A DNA stretch of 64,000 bases from a virus. The stretch is taken from positions 2,863-66,862 of the IMG/VR virus record IMGVR_UViG_3300028283_000005. The stretch is one strand, 5' to 3'. Below are positions 33,501 through 42,416 of the stretch, one piece after another. Within the stretch, counting starts at the first letter, position 1. Every line of letters begins with the position of its first letter. Below the pieces are notes generated by a model, which saw only the letters and a program-made list of their open reading frames with translations, was not told where the DNA came from and did not search any database. A program made the position numbers and the translations under genes.

Positions 33501-36321
33501 CTCTATACCAGTTATTGATAGGTGTAGATCTAAACTGCTTTGTAACAGTATTTAAAGAAACATCTCCTGTAGACACTACATTAGGAACTAAATATTTTTT
33601 GATGTCAAGATTGCGTTGTTTTATACCTTCTCCATTTGGAATAGGTTCGGAGTAGTCATAATTTGCTATTGAGTTATAGGAATAGGCAAAATTCTTTCTT
33701 GTTATCCCATTGATGAATATCTGTTGATAGGCTTGGTAAGCACTAAACATTATCTGAAGATCAAATGGGTTTGCCATTGCTGACATCTTTTCAGATGATA
33801 ATAAAGCATCATATTGAGCTTGCTCACTAAGCAGTCTATACTTTGCATTATTCTTCACTTCTGTAAAATGACCTATTCCTGCACCAAATATAACATTCTC
33901 AAGTTTAAGAATACCCCCTAAGAAGGGTTTGCTAAATGATGTTTCCGGAGAATTAAATATTTGTCTATAACCAAGTTCTGGAACATCTTTAATTGCAGGA
34001 AGTGCTGTATCTATGATGGTATCATCTTCTTTACTACAAGAGTCAGGAGGTGCTGTAGATAGTAATCGAAAGTCTGGTTTTCCTCTACCTTCAGTCACCA
34101 TAGGTCCTCCTGTGCCGGGAATTACCCAAATCTCTGTATATGATCCATTGCCATCACACCAGTCTTCTGTGTAATCCAGATAGGCATCATACCATCCATA
34201 TCTATATCCTCTACATGTATTACATGAAGATACACTCCACACATCATAATATGTAGTTCTCACTGTGCCAGCCCCTACAGTGATTATAGGTCTGCCAATA
34301 GCACATATTTGTTTATTTCCTATTGTGGTATATTGTTTTGTTGAGTCATGATTACTATTACACTCAATGTATGAAATTTCAGCGTAGGGATTACCATCTT
34401 TATCTTTAAGAGTGAGTGATAATTCAGTGATATTCATGGTGTAAGAACGACATTCATCCAGATATGCGTTATTCTTTCCATTTATAAATACATCCTGATT
34501 CAGATCATTATATGGATAATTTGGAAAATAGAACTTCTTCTCTTCTCTTTCATAACTACCTACATTTCTAAGAATACCTTTTGCTATAACAGATTTATTT
34601 GTAGATCGGTCTCCTCTCACTATCTTGAATCCAACAATGTCATCTTTTTCTGCAATGCTGAGAGAGGATGAATTAATCAAACTTCTTATCTGACCTACAT
34701 CGAGCTTAACTCCAATTGGGAAGATAGCATCGTTTCCCATTACCATGCTATCTTTATTTATAAATTGTTTTGATTCAAAAATAGGAGAAAGAAGAGTATC
34801 AGGAAATTTATGATGTCTTATTTTTTGTCCTGCAAGCTCCCCCCATATATTTTCATTGCAAGGATATTCTTCAGAAGACTCCCAGTAGGCAAATTCTCCA
34901 GTTTGGTAAGGTCCTTTATATTCAGGATCAGTGGTGTATTCAGAAGATAACCCGTCATTACTTGCTGTATTATACACCATCCAGAAGGGAGAATAACCTA
35001 TTCCCCCAGAATGGTATTCAGGAGAGCCTATGAAGTCTGGATCTGTCTCAGGAATATCACGATGTTGTGACTCTTTATAACTCTTTGCTCTTCCGGGAAT
35101 ATGGAAACCATCTGTCTGTTTTCCATTTCTTAATAAGAAAACAATCTCAAAAGGATATACTTCATCTCTTAAATATGAACGAAAATTGGTAGCATTTACC
35201 TCATTAGCATAATTCTCATCCGCAGGAATTCTCCAAGTTTCCCATTGTAATTTAATTTTGTTTGCAATCTCTTGATAGTTGATTCGATCAATAGAAAGTA
35301 GACCGTCCCATACAAGAACATCCTGAACATTAGTGAGATCGTTAGCTATATCATAATAAGGAAACTTCTCAAATATATCATTTATTGAAAGTCTTATGTT
35401 TGTAGTTGTGTTACTCGAAACCTGTCCTGTATAGATAATTTGTTTTGATATTCCATCTATAAAATACGTTCCTACTAATTCTACAGAAGAAATAGCATTG
35501 ATTGTCTTTATTACTGCTAAATTGAAATATTGAAATTGTCCAGTGAGATCAAGATTTGTTATATCAAGAACAATAGATTTTCCAACCTGTGTATTAAAAT
35601 TGGGAGTAACTACAAACGTATCTGCAATAGGTGTAGGATTTGTAATAGAATAATACGATGTATAGGCATTGCCAGAGATATCAGAATATTGAACAGCAAA
35701 TTGATAAGTACCTGTTACAAGTGTTCCTATGTTAGTAATTTCAATTATAGCAAGTTGAGGAATGCTAAAATCAGGTTGAAGTTTTAATTGATTGACATCA
35801 ACATCTTCTCCATATATAGGATCACAGGCAGGCGTTCCTCCTATAAGCACTCTTGGTATCTTTTCTAAATTAAGATAACGTCTTGGATTAAGAGCGTCTG
35901 TCCAATAGATCTCTGTAGAGCAATTGCTTATTTTATGTACACATTTATGAACTGGGTAATGAATAGAAAAACCAAAGTCACCTTGTATTAATGTTCTATA
36001 CACACAATCATTATTCTCCATATAACCAATTTCATCCTTATCAGCTATATTTGCATTTGGATTGGTAATGAAGAAAATATGCTTGTTCTTCTCATTAATA
36101 AAATGGGTGCCAATTTGAACAAATCCTTCTGGAAAAGAAACACAGAATTCATTTCCTTGCTCATTCTGATAATTTATTCCACTTGCGTTAAATGATTCAA
36201 CTACACCATTTAAACAATAACTCATCATTCCAGATTTTAGCTGAGATGGAGTAAGATCTAAATTTAATCCAGTTTGAGCAAAATTAAAATTCTGTCTTAT
36301 GTTACCTTGTTCGTCAGCCAT
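30526..36321 (-). CDS. Tail stabilisation (P22 gp10-like/muzzle) protein, N-terminal part, with Thr-linked appended domains
   Basis: 1931 aa; GLNLD, YWTD..NPRRYLN, YLRDEVYPFEIV, FGGDTFINRF, WTLSY..WISFHSYVP; directly after the tubular protein gene. Confidence 0.75.
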   Translation of the reverse strand: MADEQGNIRQNFNFAQTGLNLDLTPSQLKSGMMSYCLNGVVESFNASGINYQNEQGNEFCVSFPEGFVQIGTHFINEKNKHIFFITNPNANIADKDEIGYMENNDCVYRTLIQGDFGFSIHYPVHKCVHKISNCSTEIYWTDALNPRRYLNLEKIPRVLIGGTPACDPIYGEDVDVNQLKLQPDFSIPQLAIIEITNIGTLVTGTYQFAVQYSDISGNAYTSYYSITNPTPIADTFVVTPNFNTQVGKSIVLDITNLDLTGQFQYFNLAVIKTINAISSVELVGTYFIDGISKQIIYTGQVSSNTTTNIRLSINDIFEKFPYYDIANDLTNVQDVLVWDGLLSIDRINYQEIANKIKLQWETWRIPADENYANEVNATNFRSYLRDEVYPFEIVFLLRNGKQTDGFHIPGRAKSYKESQHRDIPETDPDFIGSPEYHSGGIGYSPFWMVYNTASNDGLSSEYTTDPEYKGPYQTGEFAYWESSEEYPCNENIWGELAGQKIRHHKFPDTLLSPIFESKQFINKDSMVMGNDAIFPIGVKLDVGQIRSLINSSSLSIAEKDDIVGFKIVRGDRSTNKSVIAKGILRNVGSYEREEKKFYFPNYPYNDLNQDVFINGKNNAYLDECRSYTMNITELSLTLKDKDGNPYAEISYIECNSNHDSTKQYTTIGNKQICAIGRPIITVGAGTVRTTYYDVWSVSSCNTCRGYRYGWYDAYLDYTEDWCDGNGSYTEIWVIPGTGGPMVTEGRGKPDFRLLSTAPPDSCSKEDDTIIDTALPAIKDVPELGYRQIFNSPETSFSKPFLGGILKLENVIFGAGIGHFTEVKNNAKYRLLSEQAQYDALLSSEKMSAMANPFDLQIMFSAYQAYQQIFINGITRKNFAYSYNSIANYDYSEPIPNGEGIKQRNLDIKKYLVPNVVSTGDVSLNTVTKQFRSTPINNWYRETSIYLRTVGALDSTVPPLIPPLPFPDHSPNMLSGGLPKVTDISRQTVSGANSCTNPSKEIDISVVSYYASIKSYFINQWGQIYSYNTIDTGYQNTFIDTSYNTVFGGDTFINRFAFKTKLPFFLDNRVNAPDDSDIFYDEIGNIGFPKYWHSARSILKSFTLSSDILEKPDASLSPLTNIISYKAHNFDCPNNQGGSDSTSAPGRTYYNGYFYLFAYGIPNFYCESSVNVDLRQAFNNKEGDFFPHVTNYIPDDWVQESLVPIAQDNTYYYNTTFSKQNKENVFTHLPLDWEDKLCFTLYPFRAIYSDSQNTDSDNRVNAWLNYRALSYFDFPQNYGKLIALDGIQNKAILARFENKTLLYDNLLTIDTTNPQAAYIGNPYMFKKSPPIDFAETDLGYIGSQNKMLLKIPQGQLTVDAKRGQVFLLNGASNAVDLSGFGSGLNRFFTDHLAFEILRYFPTVDTDNHFNGIGLHGVYDSKFDRLIITKLDYIPIDPNVKYDADTREFYIENITTMRVCGCDLFGIAYSGDIPTPPSFPTTSTTTTSLGCPEYEYKQRVIISLNDPTYFCNKSWTLSYNMNTKSWISFHSYVPNWYIAENNFFYSGINGCCEDIDFVAAIMVTTTSTTSTTSTTTTVYSPTTSTTTTHAATTSTTTSTSSSTTTSTTSTTSTTTTMYVCQRPTGLTNYRFIKGYTLTTPPVICVSTGSKEEACSAENFLLTYDNDLDPNGLTITSLSCQTTTIAVGHIVYLGAYLTDCNVVPDGWYFTDELMYSNIVFHVVNGIITERSSCIPASTTTSTTSTTTTLSPIIEECGILLAYDSGSAYINTHEINLGSATGISLFDFNADVSPDRFIIEWNSGVVIDTGYYGSEDYDFGGVNRSVFNFNLLGKVDPITNNVYPDLVTYPDDGYPRVTHSTSGVSSFSKSAATPANAYLHIYSAIVNSLYKFRLYCPGVTTTTTTIITTSPPSTTTTTTTVIFVLASTTTTTTTI

Positions 36322-36326
36322 AATAC

Positions 36327-37286
36327 TTACATGTTTCTACGTCTTCCACTTCTAACTTGACCAGGAAGTCCATACATATTAAATCTGTTCAAATCCTGTT
36401 TTATTCTTCTCTGTTTTGTCCAAGAGTCTTGTTTCTTTATCTCTATAGCTGCCATAATGAAAGCCTCTTCATACAATTGCTTATAATAAACAAGTTTCTG
36501 TTGAAGTTGATTGAAGGTCTCATCAGTAATCTGATTGATGAGCATCTCAACTAGTTTGAACTTAATGAATGCTTCTACATATTCTTTTATACGATAGTTG
36601 TCAGGAACCATCTGATTTCCAACATTATCATAGTCAGTAGCATAGAATATGAGGTGTACTACACCAGTTCTGAAATTGGTGACAAACTTATTATCCCTGA
36701 TATCGAAAGAATCCATAGATGATGAGAAGGGAGTGTTCTGATGTACTCTCGGAACTCTTTCCCAAGCAGAGGTATATTCAACATCACAGTGCTGTTTAGC
36801 AGATATATTTCCGGGCTGTAAGAGATATTCCTTATGAAAGGTTCTGGCAAACTCATTATTGGTTTTGTATATTGCCTGTACAAGATTTGGCATACATGGA
36901 TCACATGCATCACTTTGGCAAACAGGGTCGTTACAAGGTTGTCCATCTACAACCATAGGAGATATTTGAATAGTGGTGGCAGATGCCGCCTGAGAATAGA
37001 ATGAATTAGCTGTCTGATATGGATATCCCGGGATTTCAGTACAAGCCCATGCTTCTCTTACAGCATAAAAATTATCAGGAAGACGAGATTCAAAATCATC
37101 AATATACAGAATTTCTTCAGCAATTGTATATGAAGACTTACCAAGTTTATTTAGAGCTTTGTTCAACCAACTTGGAAATAATAAATTATCTATAGCACCC
37201 GTATCCATGTAACTCTTAAACTCCTCTGTAACAAGAGCATAGATTGCTTCAGGACTAACAAATGTATATTTATAATAATAGCTCAT
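36327..37286 (-). CDS. Tail tubular/ring protein (P22 gp4-like)
   Basis: 319 aa; FVTNFRTGVVHLIFYA...PDN..KEYVEAFIKFK; crAss order IHF-tubular-stabilisation. Confidence 0.65.
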   Translation of the reverse strand: MSYYYKYTFVSPEAIYALVTEEFKSYMDTGAIDNLLFPSWLNKALNKLGKSSYTIAEEILYIDDFESRLPDNFYAVREAWACTEIPGYPYQTANSFYSQAASATTIQISPMVVDGQPCNDPVCQSDACDPCMPNLVQAIYKTNNEFARTFHKEYLLQPGNISAKQHCDVEYTSAWERVPRVHQNTPFSSSMDSFDIRDNKFVTNFRTGVVHLIFYATDYDNVGNQMVPDNYRIKEYVEAFIKFKLVEMLINQITDETFNQLQQKLVYYKQLYEEAFIMAAIEIKKQDSWTKQRRIKQDLNRFNMYGLPGQVRSGRRRNM

Positions 37287-37292
37287 ACTTAT

Positions 37293-37775
37293 TTATCTTT
37301 GGAGTAACCATTCACGGTAAATGTGCTGGTACTTATTGTTTATAGTGAGATAGTGGGCAAGAAGCCTTGATGTACTTCTGGCAGGCTTAAAATACCACAA
37401 ATCTACATTTTTGAATCTTGTTGTATGCTTAAACCATTTCCACCCAAAAAAATAACCTTCTGTGTGAAAATTAAAATTGTATATAACTTTTCCTTTTTCT
37501 CTGGTTTTTTTCCAATCAATAGGGAGTCCAATTTTTGATTGACCGTTGAATTCTATTGTTTTTTTTCTTTTCTTTTTATTGATTGAAAATTCTCCAAATC
37601 CAAAAGGAAATTTTACTTTATCACCAGTTTCAAGAATGTACTCTTTAAAAGATTCATTGAATTCATAAATAACATTTTTCCATTGATCGAATGTAAGATA
37701 GATACTTGGATGTCTTCTACAAAAGTTAGTATAGTTTTCTCTACTTGCACTGCGCCAATCAACTGCTGTTCTCAT
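37293..37775 (-). CDS. IHF/HU-like DNA-binding protein
   Basis: 160 aa, basic; ILETGDKVKFPFGFGEFSINKK; IDWKKT..GK.IY..N.HT.GY. Confidence 0.7.
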   Translation of the reverse strand: MRTAVDWRSASRENYTNFCRRHPSIYLTFDQWKNVIYEFNESFKEYILETGDKVKFPFGFGEFSINKKKRKKTIEFNGQSKIGLPIDWKKTREKGKVIYNFNFHTEGYFFGWKWFKHTTRFKNVDLWYFKPARSTSRLLAHYLTINNKYQHIYREWLLQR

Positions 37776-38509
37776 CCTCGTTGTGTTTGTGAATCATGTA
37801 GTCTAACTCCCTGCTCATCTACATTGTTCAACTGAGGATCAGCTGATGTGTTAAAATAGGTACGCAATAGAGTTTGTGATGTAAGTTCCAATGTTTGTTT
37901 TTCCAAATATCCGGGAATGAAAGATTCTTTATCCAAGGGATTCTTACATAATTCTTCTGTACTTGGCGAGCTTCCACAATCACAATCAGGATACATTACC
38001 TCATTGGGTACATCTTCTTCAAATAGAGCTGCTATTCTTATCCTCTGTACCATAGGGTTTGTTATATACAGATAGTCATTTGATATCCAATAGTATTCAC
38101 TCTTCTTTATGATGGGAAGTTTGAGGAGATTAATGTATCTGTTGATTGTAATTTCAGTGAGTTTTATAGCTTTGCCTCGCATGGCATTTATGGAATAAAC
38201 TCCCTGTATAAGATATTGATAGTTACCTTCGCATATTCGAGGGAGTTTTAATTTGCTTCTTGATATAGAGCAAGGATCTGCATAATCACAACATTCAGAG
38301 ATAGGTACCTCTATCATTTCCATACATGGGATTGTGGTAAAAATAGTATCGGTAGCCCAAAGTCTTCTTAGGTTTGTCTCTCTCTTAATTAATAGTAACC
38401 CATTGACTTTCAATTCACTAGCTATCATTCTATCTGTTGCGATAGCATCTGTAGAAAGTAGTTTATGTAAACTTCTGATATCTGAGACCAATTTCCTTAC
38501 AATCGCCAT
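37772..38509 (-). CDS. Tail ring structural protein
   Basis: 245 aa; C.EMIEV..CC, RSKLKLP, NDYLYI..RIAALFE; position in the tail module. Confidence 0.55.
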   Translation of the reverse strand: MAIVRKLVSDIRSLHKLLSTDAIATDRMIASELKVNGLLLIKRETNLRRLWATDTIFTTIPCMEMIEVPISECCDYADPCSISRSKLKLPRICEGNYQYLIQGVYSINAMRGKAIKLTEITINRYINLLKLPIIKKSEYYWISNDYLYITNPMVQRIRIAALFEEDVPNEVMYPDCDCGSSPSTEELCKNPLDKESFIPGYLEKQTLELTSQTLLRTYFNTSADPQLNNVDEQGVRLHDSQTQRG

Positions 38510-38533
38510 TGGATATGATATTTAAAATAGATA

Positions 38534-38565
38534 TAAAGGTATAAACTTTATAGAGAAAAGTCAAA
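38534..38565 (-). promoter_or_regulatory. Bacteroidota-type promoter (TTTG-N20-TACCTTTA)
   Basis: TTTG at 38565-38562 and TACCTTTA at 38541-38534, downstream of a terminator and upstream of ATG 38509. Confidence 0.55.
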
Positions 38566-38571
38566 GTTAAT

Positions 38572-38610
38572 TTAACTAAGACCGTTAATCTCTTTAACTA
38601 AATTAGTTAA
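38572..38610. promoter_or_regulatory. Two tandem palindromic operator-like boxes, TTAAC-N7-GTTAA
   Basis: 38572-38588 and 38594-38610, 22-bp period, abutting the -33 element. Confidence 0.45.
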
Positions 38611-38648
38611 AAGTATAAATCCTCCCAATGGCAATTGAGAGGATTTAT
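38609..38648 (-). terminator. Rho-independent terminator
   Basis: Minus strand ATAAATCCTCTCAATTGCCATTGGGAGGATTTAT hairpin followed by ACTTTT. Confidence 0.7.
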
Positions 38649-38675
38649 GTAATAGACTATTATTTTAGTTCTTTT

Positions 38676-39257
38676 TTAACAAGTCATGTTATCTATTATC
38701 ACTCCACTTGAATTTATTTGAAGTGCTTTGCAAGAAGGTCCTCCCGGAAATCCAACAGGAACTATATCAATAAGATACCATAATCCTCCACCATCAAATA
38801 CATCAAGTGCTGCAGAGTTATATGCTACACTGCCATTTGAGAAGATTACATCTACAGACCAAAATGATCTTCCATAGCAAGATAATGCGCAAGCACCTGC
38901 ACTATCTGATGCACTACCAATTGAACCATTATGGATATAAGGAGGAAGAGGAAAAGTAGTGGTGGTTGTAGTTGTAGGTACTCCTGTAGTTGTAGTGGTA
39001 GTTGTGCTTGATGTGCTTGTTGTAGTCGTGGTGGTAGGTACAACTGTAATATCAATAGTAATAGAATTAGTACAATTTCCTTTAGATACCAACTTAACTT
39101 GTGTTATTCCATCTGGAGCATTAGAGACATATCCATTAACAAGATTTTCTCTGGATACTCCTGTTTCAAATGGATCTGAGAAACCATTCGTATCAGAATA
39201 TAGATCAAATGGACCAACATCTGCTCCTGCTGTTATAAGTTTAATATATATATCCAT
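38676..39257 (-). CDS. Two-domain Thr-linker virion appendage protein
   Basis: 193 aa; N-domain IKLITAGADVGPFDLYSD..KLVSKGNC, ~28-aa poly-Thr linker, Cys-containing C-domain. Confidence 0.7.
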   Translation of the reverse strand: MDIYIKLITAGADVGPFDLYSDTNGFSDPFETGVSRENLVNGYVSNAPDGITQVKLVSKGNCTNSITIDITVVPTTTTTTSTSSTTTTTTTGVPTTTTTTTFPLPPYIHNGSIGSASDSAGACALSCYGRSFWSVDVIFSNGSVAYNSAALDVFDGGGLWYLIDIVPVGFPGGPSCKALQINSSGVIIDNMTC

Positions 39258-40111
39258 TAGAGTACTTTATTTATTATACATGCCACATTTTGTGAAGCTC
39301 CATTTATAGAAGGAACCATTGGTACTACACCAACAAGAGTTATATCTGCTGGAGTTATAAAATATATGTCATGGGAACTTGTAACCATATAATTGTCTCC
39401 ATTATATACATATAATCCGAAAGCATCAATAGGAACTATAAGTATTTCAAAAATTTTAGTACCTGTATTGTCAAATTGAGTTATATATGAAGCATAGGTG
39501 TTAATATCAAAATTTGATATAAGATACAGATCAGTATTAGCATTGTAAATTATATCTCCAGTAACTTTCCTATCTGCTCCCATTTCAAATAATAATGAGT
39601 CAGTAGCACCTGATGGAGTGAGTGTATATTTAGTTATATAATTAGGAGAGCCTCCTCCAACAAGTTCATATGTTTCAGTAACATCATCTGCACTCTTTAC
39701 AGTTAAACCTGCTCCTACTACAGAATCTACTGTTATTGTCCTATTAAATACACAAGTAAATGGAGTAAGGGTTATGTCAAATTCATTTATAGTATATCCT
39801 CCCGGACTTGTCCATAATTTGGTATCTGTACTTGCTATATCAACAGCTGATCTTCCTGTGGCTACTAAAAATGTACATGCTCCTGTACTTGGTTCAAATC
39901 CATAAATATCACCATTTGAAGTTACAAAGAGTACAGCACAGGCACTAACGATTTGCGTGGTGGTAGTGGTGGTGGTTACAGGAATAGAAGTGGTAGTTGT
40001 AGTGGTGGTGGTAGTGGTAGGAATGACAGTGGTTGTACTTGTTGTAGTAGTACAAGCAGGATTTACAGGAAGGAAGAAGTATTCACATAACCTAAAATCA
40101 ACTACTGTCAT
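39257..40111 (-). CDS. Thr-rich protein with a beta-rich (propeller-like) C-terminal domain
   Basis: Likely start MTVVDFR at 40111 (the ORF-track start 40174 overlaps the upstream gene); ~30-aa Thr stalk followed by repeated beta strands (DIA, GLT, GDI, GLY). Confidence 0.6.
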   Translation of the reverse strand: MTVVDFRLCEYFFLPVNPACTTTTSTTTVIPTTTTTTTTTTSIPVTTTTTTTQIVSACAVLFVTSNGDIYGFEPSTGACTFLVATGRSAVDIASTDTKLWTSPGGYTINEFDITLTPFTCVFNRTITVDSVVGAGLTVKSADDVTETYELVGGGSPNYITKYTLTPSGATDSLLFEMGADRKVTGDIIYNANTDLYLISNFDINTYASYITQFDNTGTKIFEILIVPIDAFGLYVYNGDNYMVTSSHDIYFITPADITLVGVVPMVPSINGASQNVACIINKVL

Positions 40112-40124
40112 AACTATTTGATTA

Positions 40125-41276
40125 TTAGATAGGTATGTACATGATATAAAAACAAGCCCTAACAGGATGAACATTTATATGTCCTGCTACATCTATATTA
40201 TTAGATGCGTTGGTAACAGTAACATTAGTTCCATCCAATCCAGTTTTATCTTTTGTATTAGATGTAGTATTGGAAAGAATACCTGAGTTAAAACCAGCAG
40301 GTTTAAGATTGATTGCACCAAGTGGTGTTTCGTTTCCACCACTAGTACAAGGACCTTCTGTTTGTTGATATTCTATTGAAGTTAAATGTCCGGGGTCAGT
40401 GATACCAACCGTAGCAACATGGGTGTGACCAGCTATTTCTGATGCAGAAAGAACTACTAAGTTTGTTCCATTTTTATCACATAATGTATAATCCATACAC
40501 CCTTCATTTGCAGGATTAATTTCACGATCATAATCACCTGATCCCATGGCAGAGACAACACCTATTAAACTTCTTCCTCTTAAATCAGGAGTACCATATT
40601 GACCATTACAATAATAAATCTTTTCCCAAATAGTTCCAGTTAAACCTGCACCACTACCAGAGAATGAGGCTAATATAGCTGGTGTAGGATAAAATGGATA
40701 TGCCACATAAGGAACCATTCTAACATTCATCGAATTGGCAGGAGAGATATTAGCCAGATAGTTTTGAATAAGAGTATTAATATTATTAGTTGTGCCTATT
40801 GTGACACAAGTGGCAAACAGACTATTCAATGCATCTATATCATCTATTGAATTACAGAGAGTAGTTATGACTTCCTGAAGAATAGCATGAGTACCATCTC
40901 TTGGCGCAGCCCTAAGGCACCCTACAGTATAATCAGCTTCTATAGTATCAATTCTTGCTCTTTCAACAGCAATCTCTGTTTCTATAGCACATATTGCCTG
41001 AATAATAGCTGTGAGAACATCTACTAATGTTGGAGAGCCACACTCCTCACATGGAAAATAGTGCTTTACTGTATCACAGATGAGGGTTGGGTCTATTACA
41101 GGGAGTATACCTATTCCACTTAATACTGTGGTTAGATAATCGGTTATAGATTTTTCAACTGCTTCTAATGAATCCCCTGTATGGATATTAAGAAATGTTA
41201 TTGGACTTCCTGTGTATTTTACACATTTATCTGATGTGGTTTCTACACAACCACCGAAACAATTTGTACAAGACAT
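40125..41276 (-). CDS. Tail fibre/needle protein with a phage tail collar domain
   Basis: 383 aa; CNGQYGTPDLRGRSLIG, L.ASEIAGHTH, HINVHP..FYIM collar motifs; Cys-rich N-terminus with coiled segments. Confidence 0.75.
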   Translation of the reverse strand: MSCTNCFGGCVETTSDKCVKYTGSPITFLNIHTGDSLEAVEKSITDYLTTVLSGIGILPVIDPTLICDTVKHYFPCEECGSPTLVDVLTAIIQAICAIETEIAVERARIDTIEADYTVGCLRAAPRDGTHAILQEVITTLCNSIDDIDALNSLFATCVTIGTTNNINTLIQNYLANISPANSMNVRMVPYVAYPFYPTPAILASFSGSGAGLTGTIWEKIYYCNGQYGTPDLRGRSLIGVVSAMGSGDYDREINPANEGCMDYTLCDKNGTNLVVLSASEIAGHTHVATVGITDPGHLTSIEYQQTEGPCTSGGNETPLGAINLKPAGFNSGILSNTTSNTKDKTGLDGTNVTVTNASNNIDVAGHINVHPVRACFYIMYIPI

Positions 41277-41297
41277 AATTTATATATTAAGAGGTGA

Positions 41298-41678
41298 TTA
41301 ATTTGGACTAATTGTGGTTATTGTTGTAGTGGTAGTTGTGGTATGGGGGACAGTAGTGGTGGTTGATGTTGTAGTGATGATTGTGACATCATCATTACAT
41401 GATGTGCAAACTTCACCAACAGTAAGTCTTCTTACCACACTGGAAATCATTTCTACTGTATAATCCTCACAGTAATCAGGACTTACTTGTTTATAAGTGA
41501 GTATTCGTTTGTAGTTCAGCAGATCATACATCACTACTGCTGAAATACTATTGGTTAACAGGAATACTACATTTCCATATAAAACATGTCCTAATTTTGC
41601 TAGCTTGCAGTCTATCTTATTTAAAAGTATCTGAATGTCATTACACTCCGAACAATTTGTAAGCTTTGGCTGTAACAT
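41298..41678 (-). CDS. Small tail hub-like protein with a C-terminal Thr tail
   Basis: 126 aa; DLLNYKRILTYK; ends ITTTSTTTTVPHTTTTTTTITTISPN. Confidence 0.6.
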   Translation of the reverse strand: MLQPKLTNCSECNDIQILLNKIDCKLAKLGHVLYGNVVFLLTNSISAVVMYDLLNYKRILTYKQVSPDYCEDYTVEMISSVVRRLTVGEVCTSCNDDVTIITTTSTTTTVPHTTTTTTTITTISPN

Positions 41679-41778
41679 CTATTACTCCTTTCTTAATTTT
41701 TCTACAAGCTGAACATAATCCATTAACTAACTGACATCCGCAAGAGACTTGCTTTCCGCAACCAACACAGGTTTTCAT
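41641..41778 (-). CDS. 45-aa Cys-rich peptide (MKTCVGCGKQVSCGCQLVNGLCSACRK...)
   Basis: Manual translation; ATG 1 nt after the upstream stop; fills the 41679-41779 gap; CxxC..CGC..CxxC. Confidence 0.65.
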   Translation of the reverse strand: MKTCVGCGKQVSCGCQLVNGLCSACRKIKKGVIDVTAKAYKLFGV

Positions 41779-41779
41779 A

Positions 41780-42340
41780 TTACGAGAAGTTTATGATATA
41801 ATTATTTCCTGAACATCCGCAATCTTCTGAAATAAAAGAATCCAACATTTTATCTGCTTGAATATAAAGTTTGGTTGCTTCTATGATGGCACAGTTATTG
41901 GCTGCAGCAATTGCCCCCTGTATAAAGAAATATATACTCATGAGATCGACCTTGGCTTGAGTTTTTATAGCCTTATCACATTCCATCATATCAAGCTTCA
42001 TGAATGCATTGTCAAACTTCTGTTGAAGTTTATCTACCCTTAGTATTCTTTTTTTAATAGAAGAAACAAGTTCGCCTGTAATCATATATGAAATACAATA
42101 GTTTCCATCAGGAAGAGGTTCGACAATAGTAGATATACTTAAATCTATCGAATTATAGATATTCGTACTGTTAACCGTAAACGGAACATCTGTCACTATA
42201 CCAAATCCCGGCACATCTATAGTGAGTGTGACTGTGGGAGGAGTAGTAATATATACAGACATATCAACAATTGCCAATGTAGTGATATCGTAAGTAGGAA
42301 GCATCACTATATTATAAGATTCGGTACCGGGAGTTGCCAT
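41780..42340 (-). CDS. Tail hub-like structural protein
   Basis: 186 aa; LPDGNYCISY, IQGAIAAANNC; position in the structural module. Confidence 0.55.
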   Translation of the reverse strand: MATPGTESYNIVMLPTYDITTLAIVDMSVYITTPPTVTLTIDVPGFGIVTDVPFTVNSTNIYNSIDLSISTIVEPLPDGNYCISYMITGELVSSIKKRILRVDKLQQKFDNAFMKLDMMECDKAIKTQAKVDLMSIYFFIQGAIAAANNCAIIEATKLYIQADKMLDSFISEDCGCSGNNYIINFS

Positions 42341-42351
42341 AATATTGATTT

Positions 42352-42391
42352 AAAATAAAAAGGGGGTAGGGAGTTTGTCCCCCACCCCCTT
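42352..42391 (-). terminator. Rho-independent terminator
   Basis: Minus strand AAGGGGGTGGGGGACAAACTCCCTACCCCCTT stem followed by TTTTATTTT. Confidence 0.8.
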
Positions 42392-42416
42392 GGTATTTTT
42401 ATGAATTAAAAACTTA

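Noticed and set aside
38959-39309. Plus-strand poly-Val ORF
   Set aside because: Antisense shadow of the poly-Thr linker
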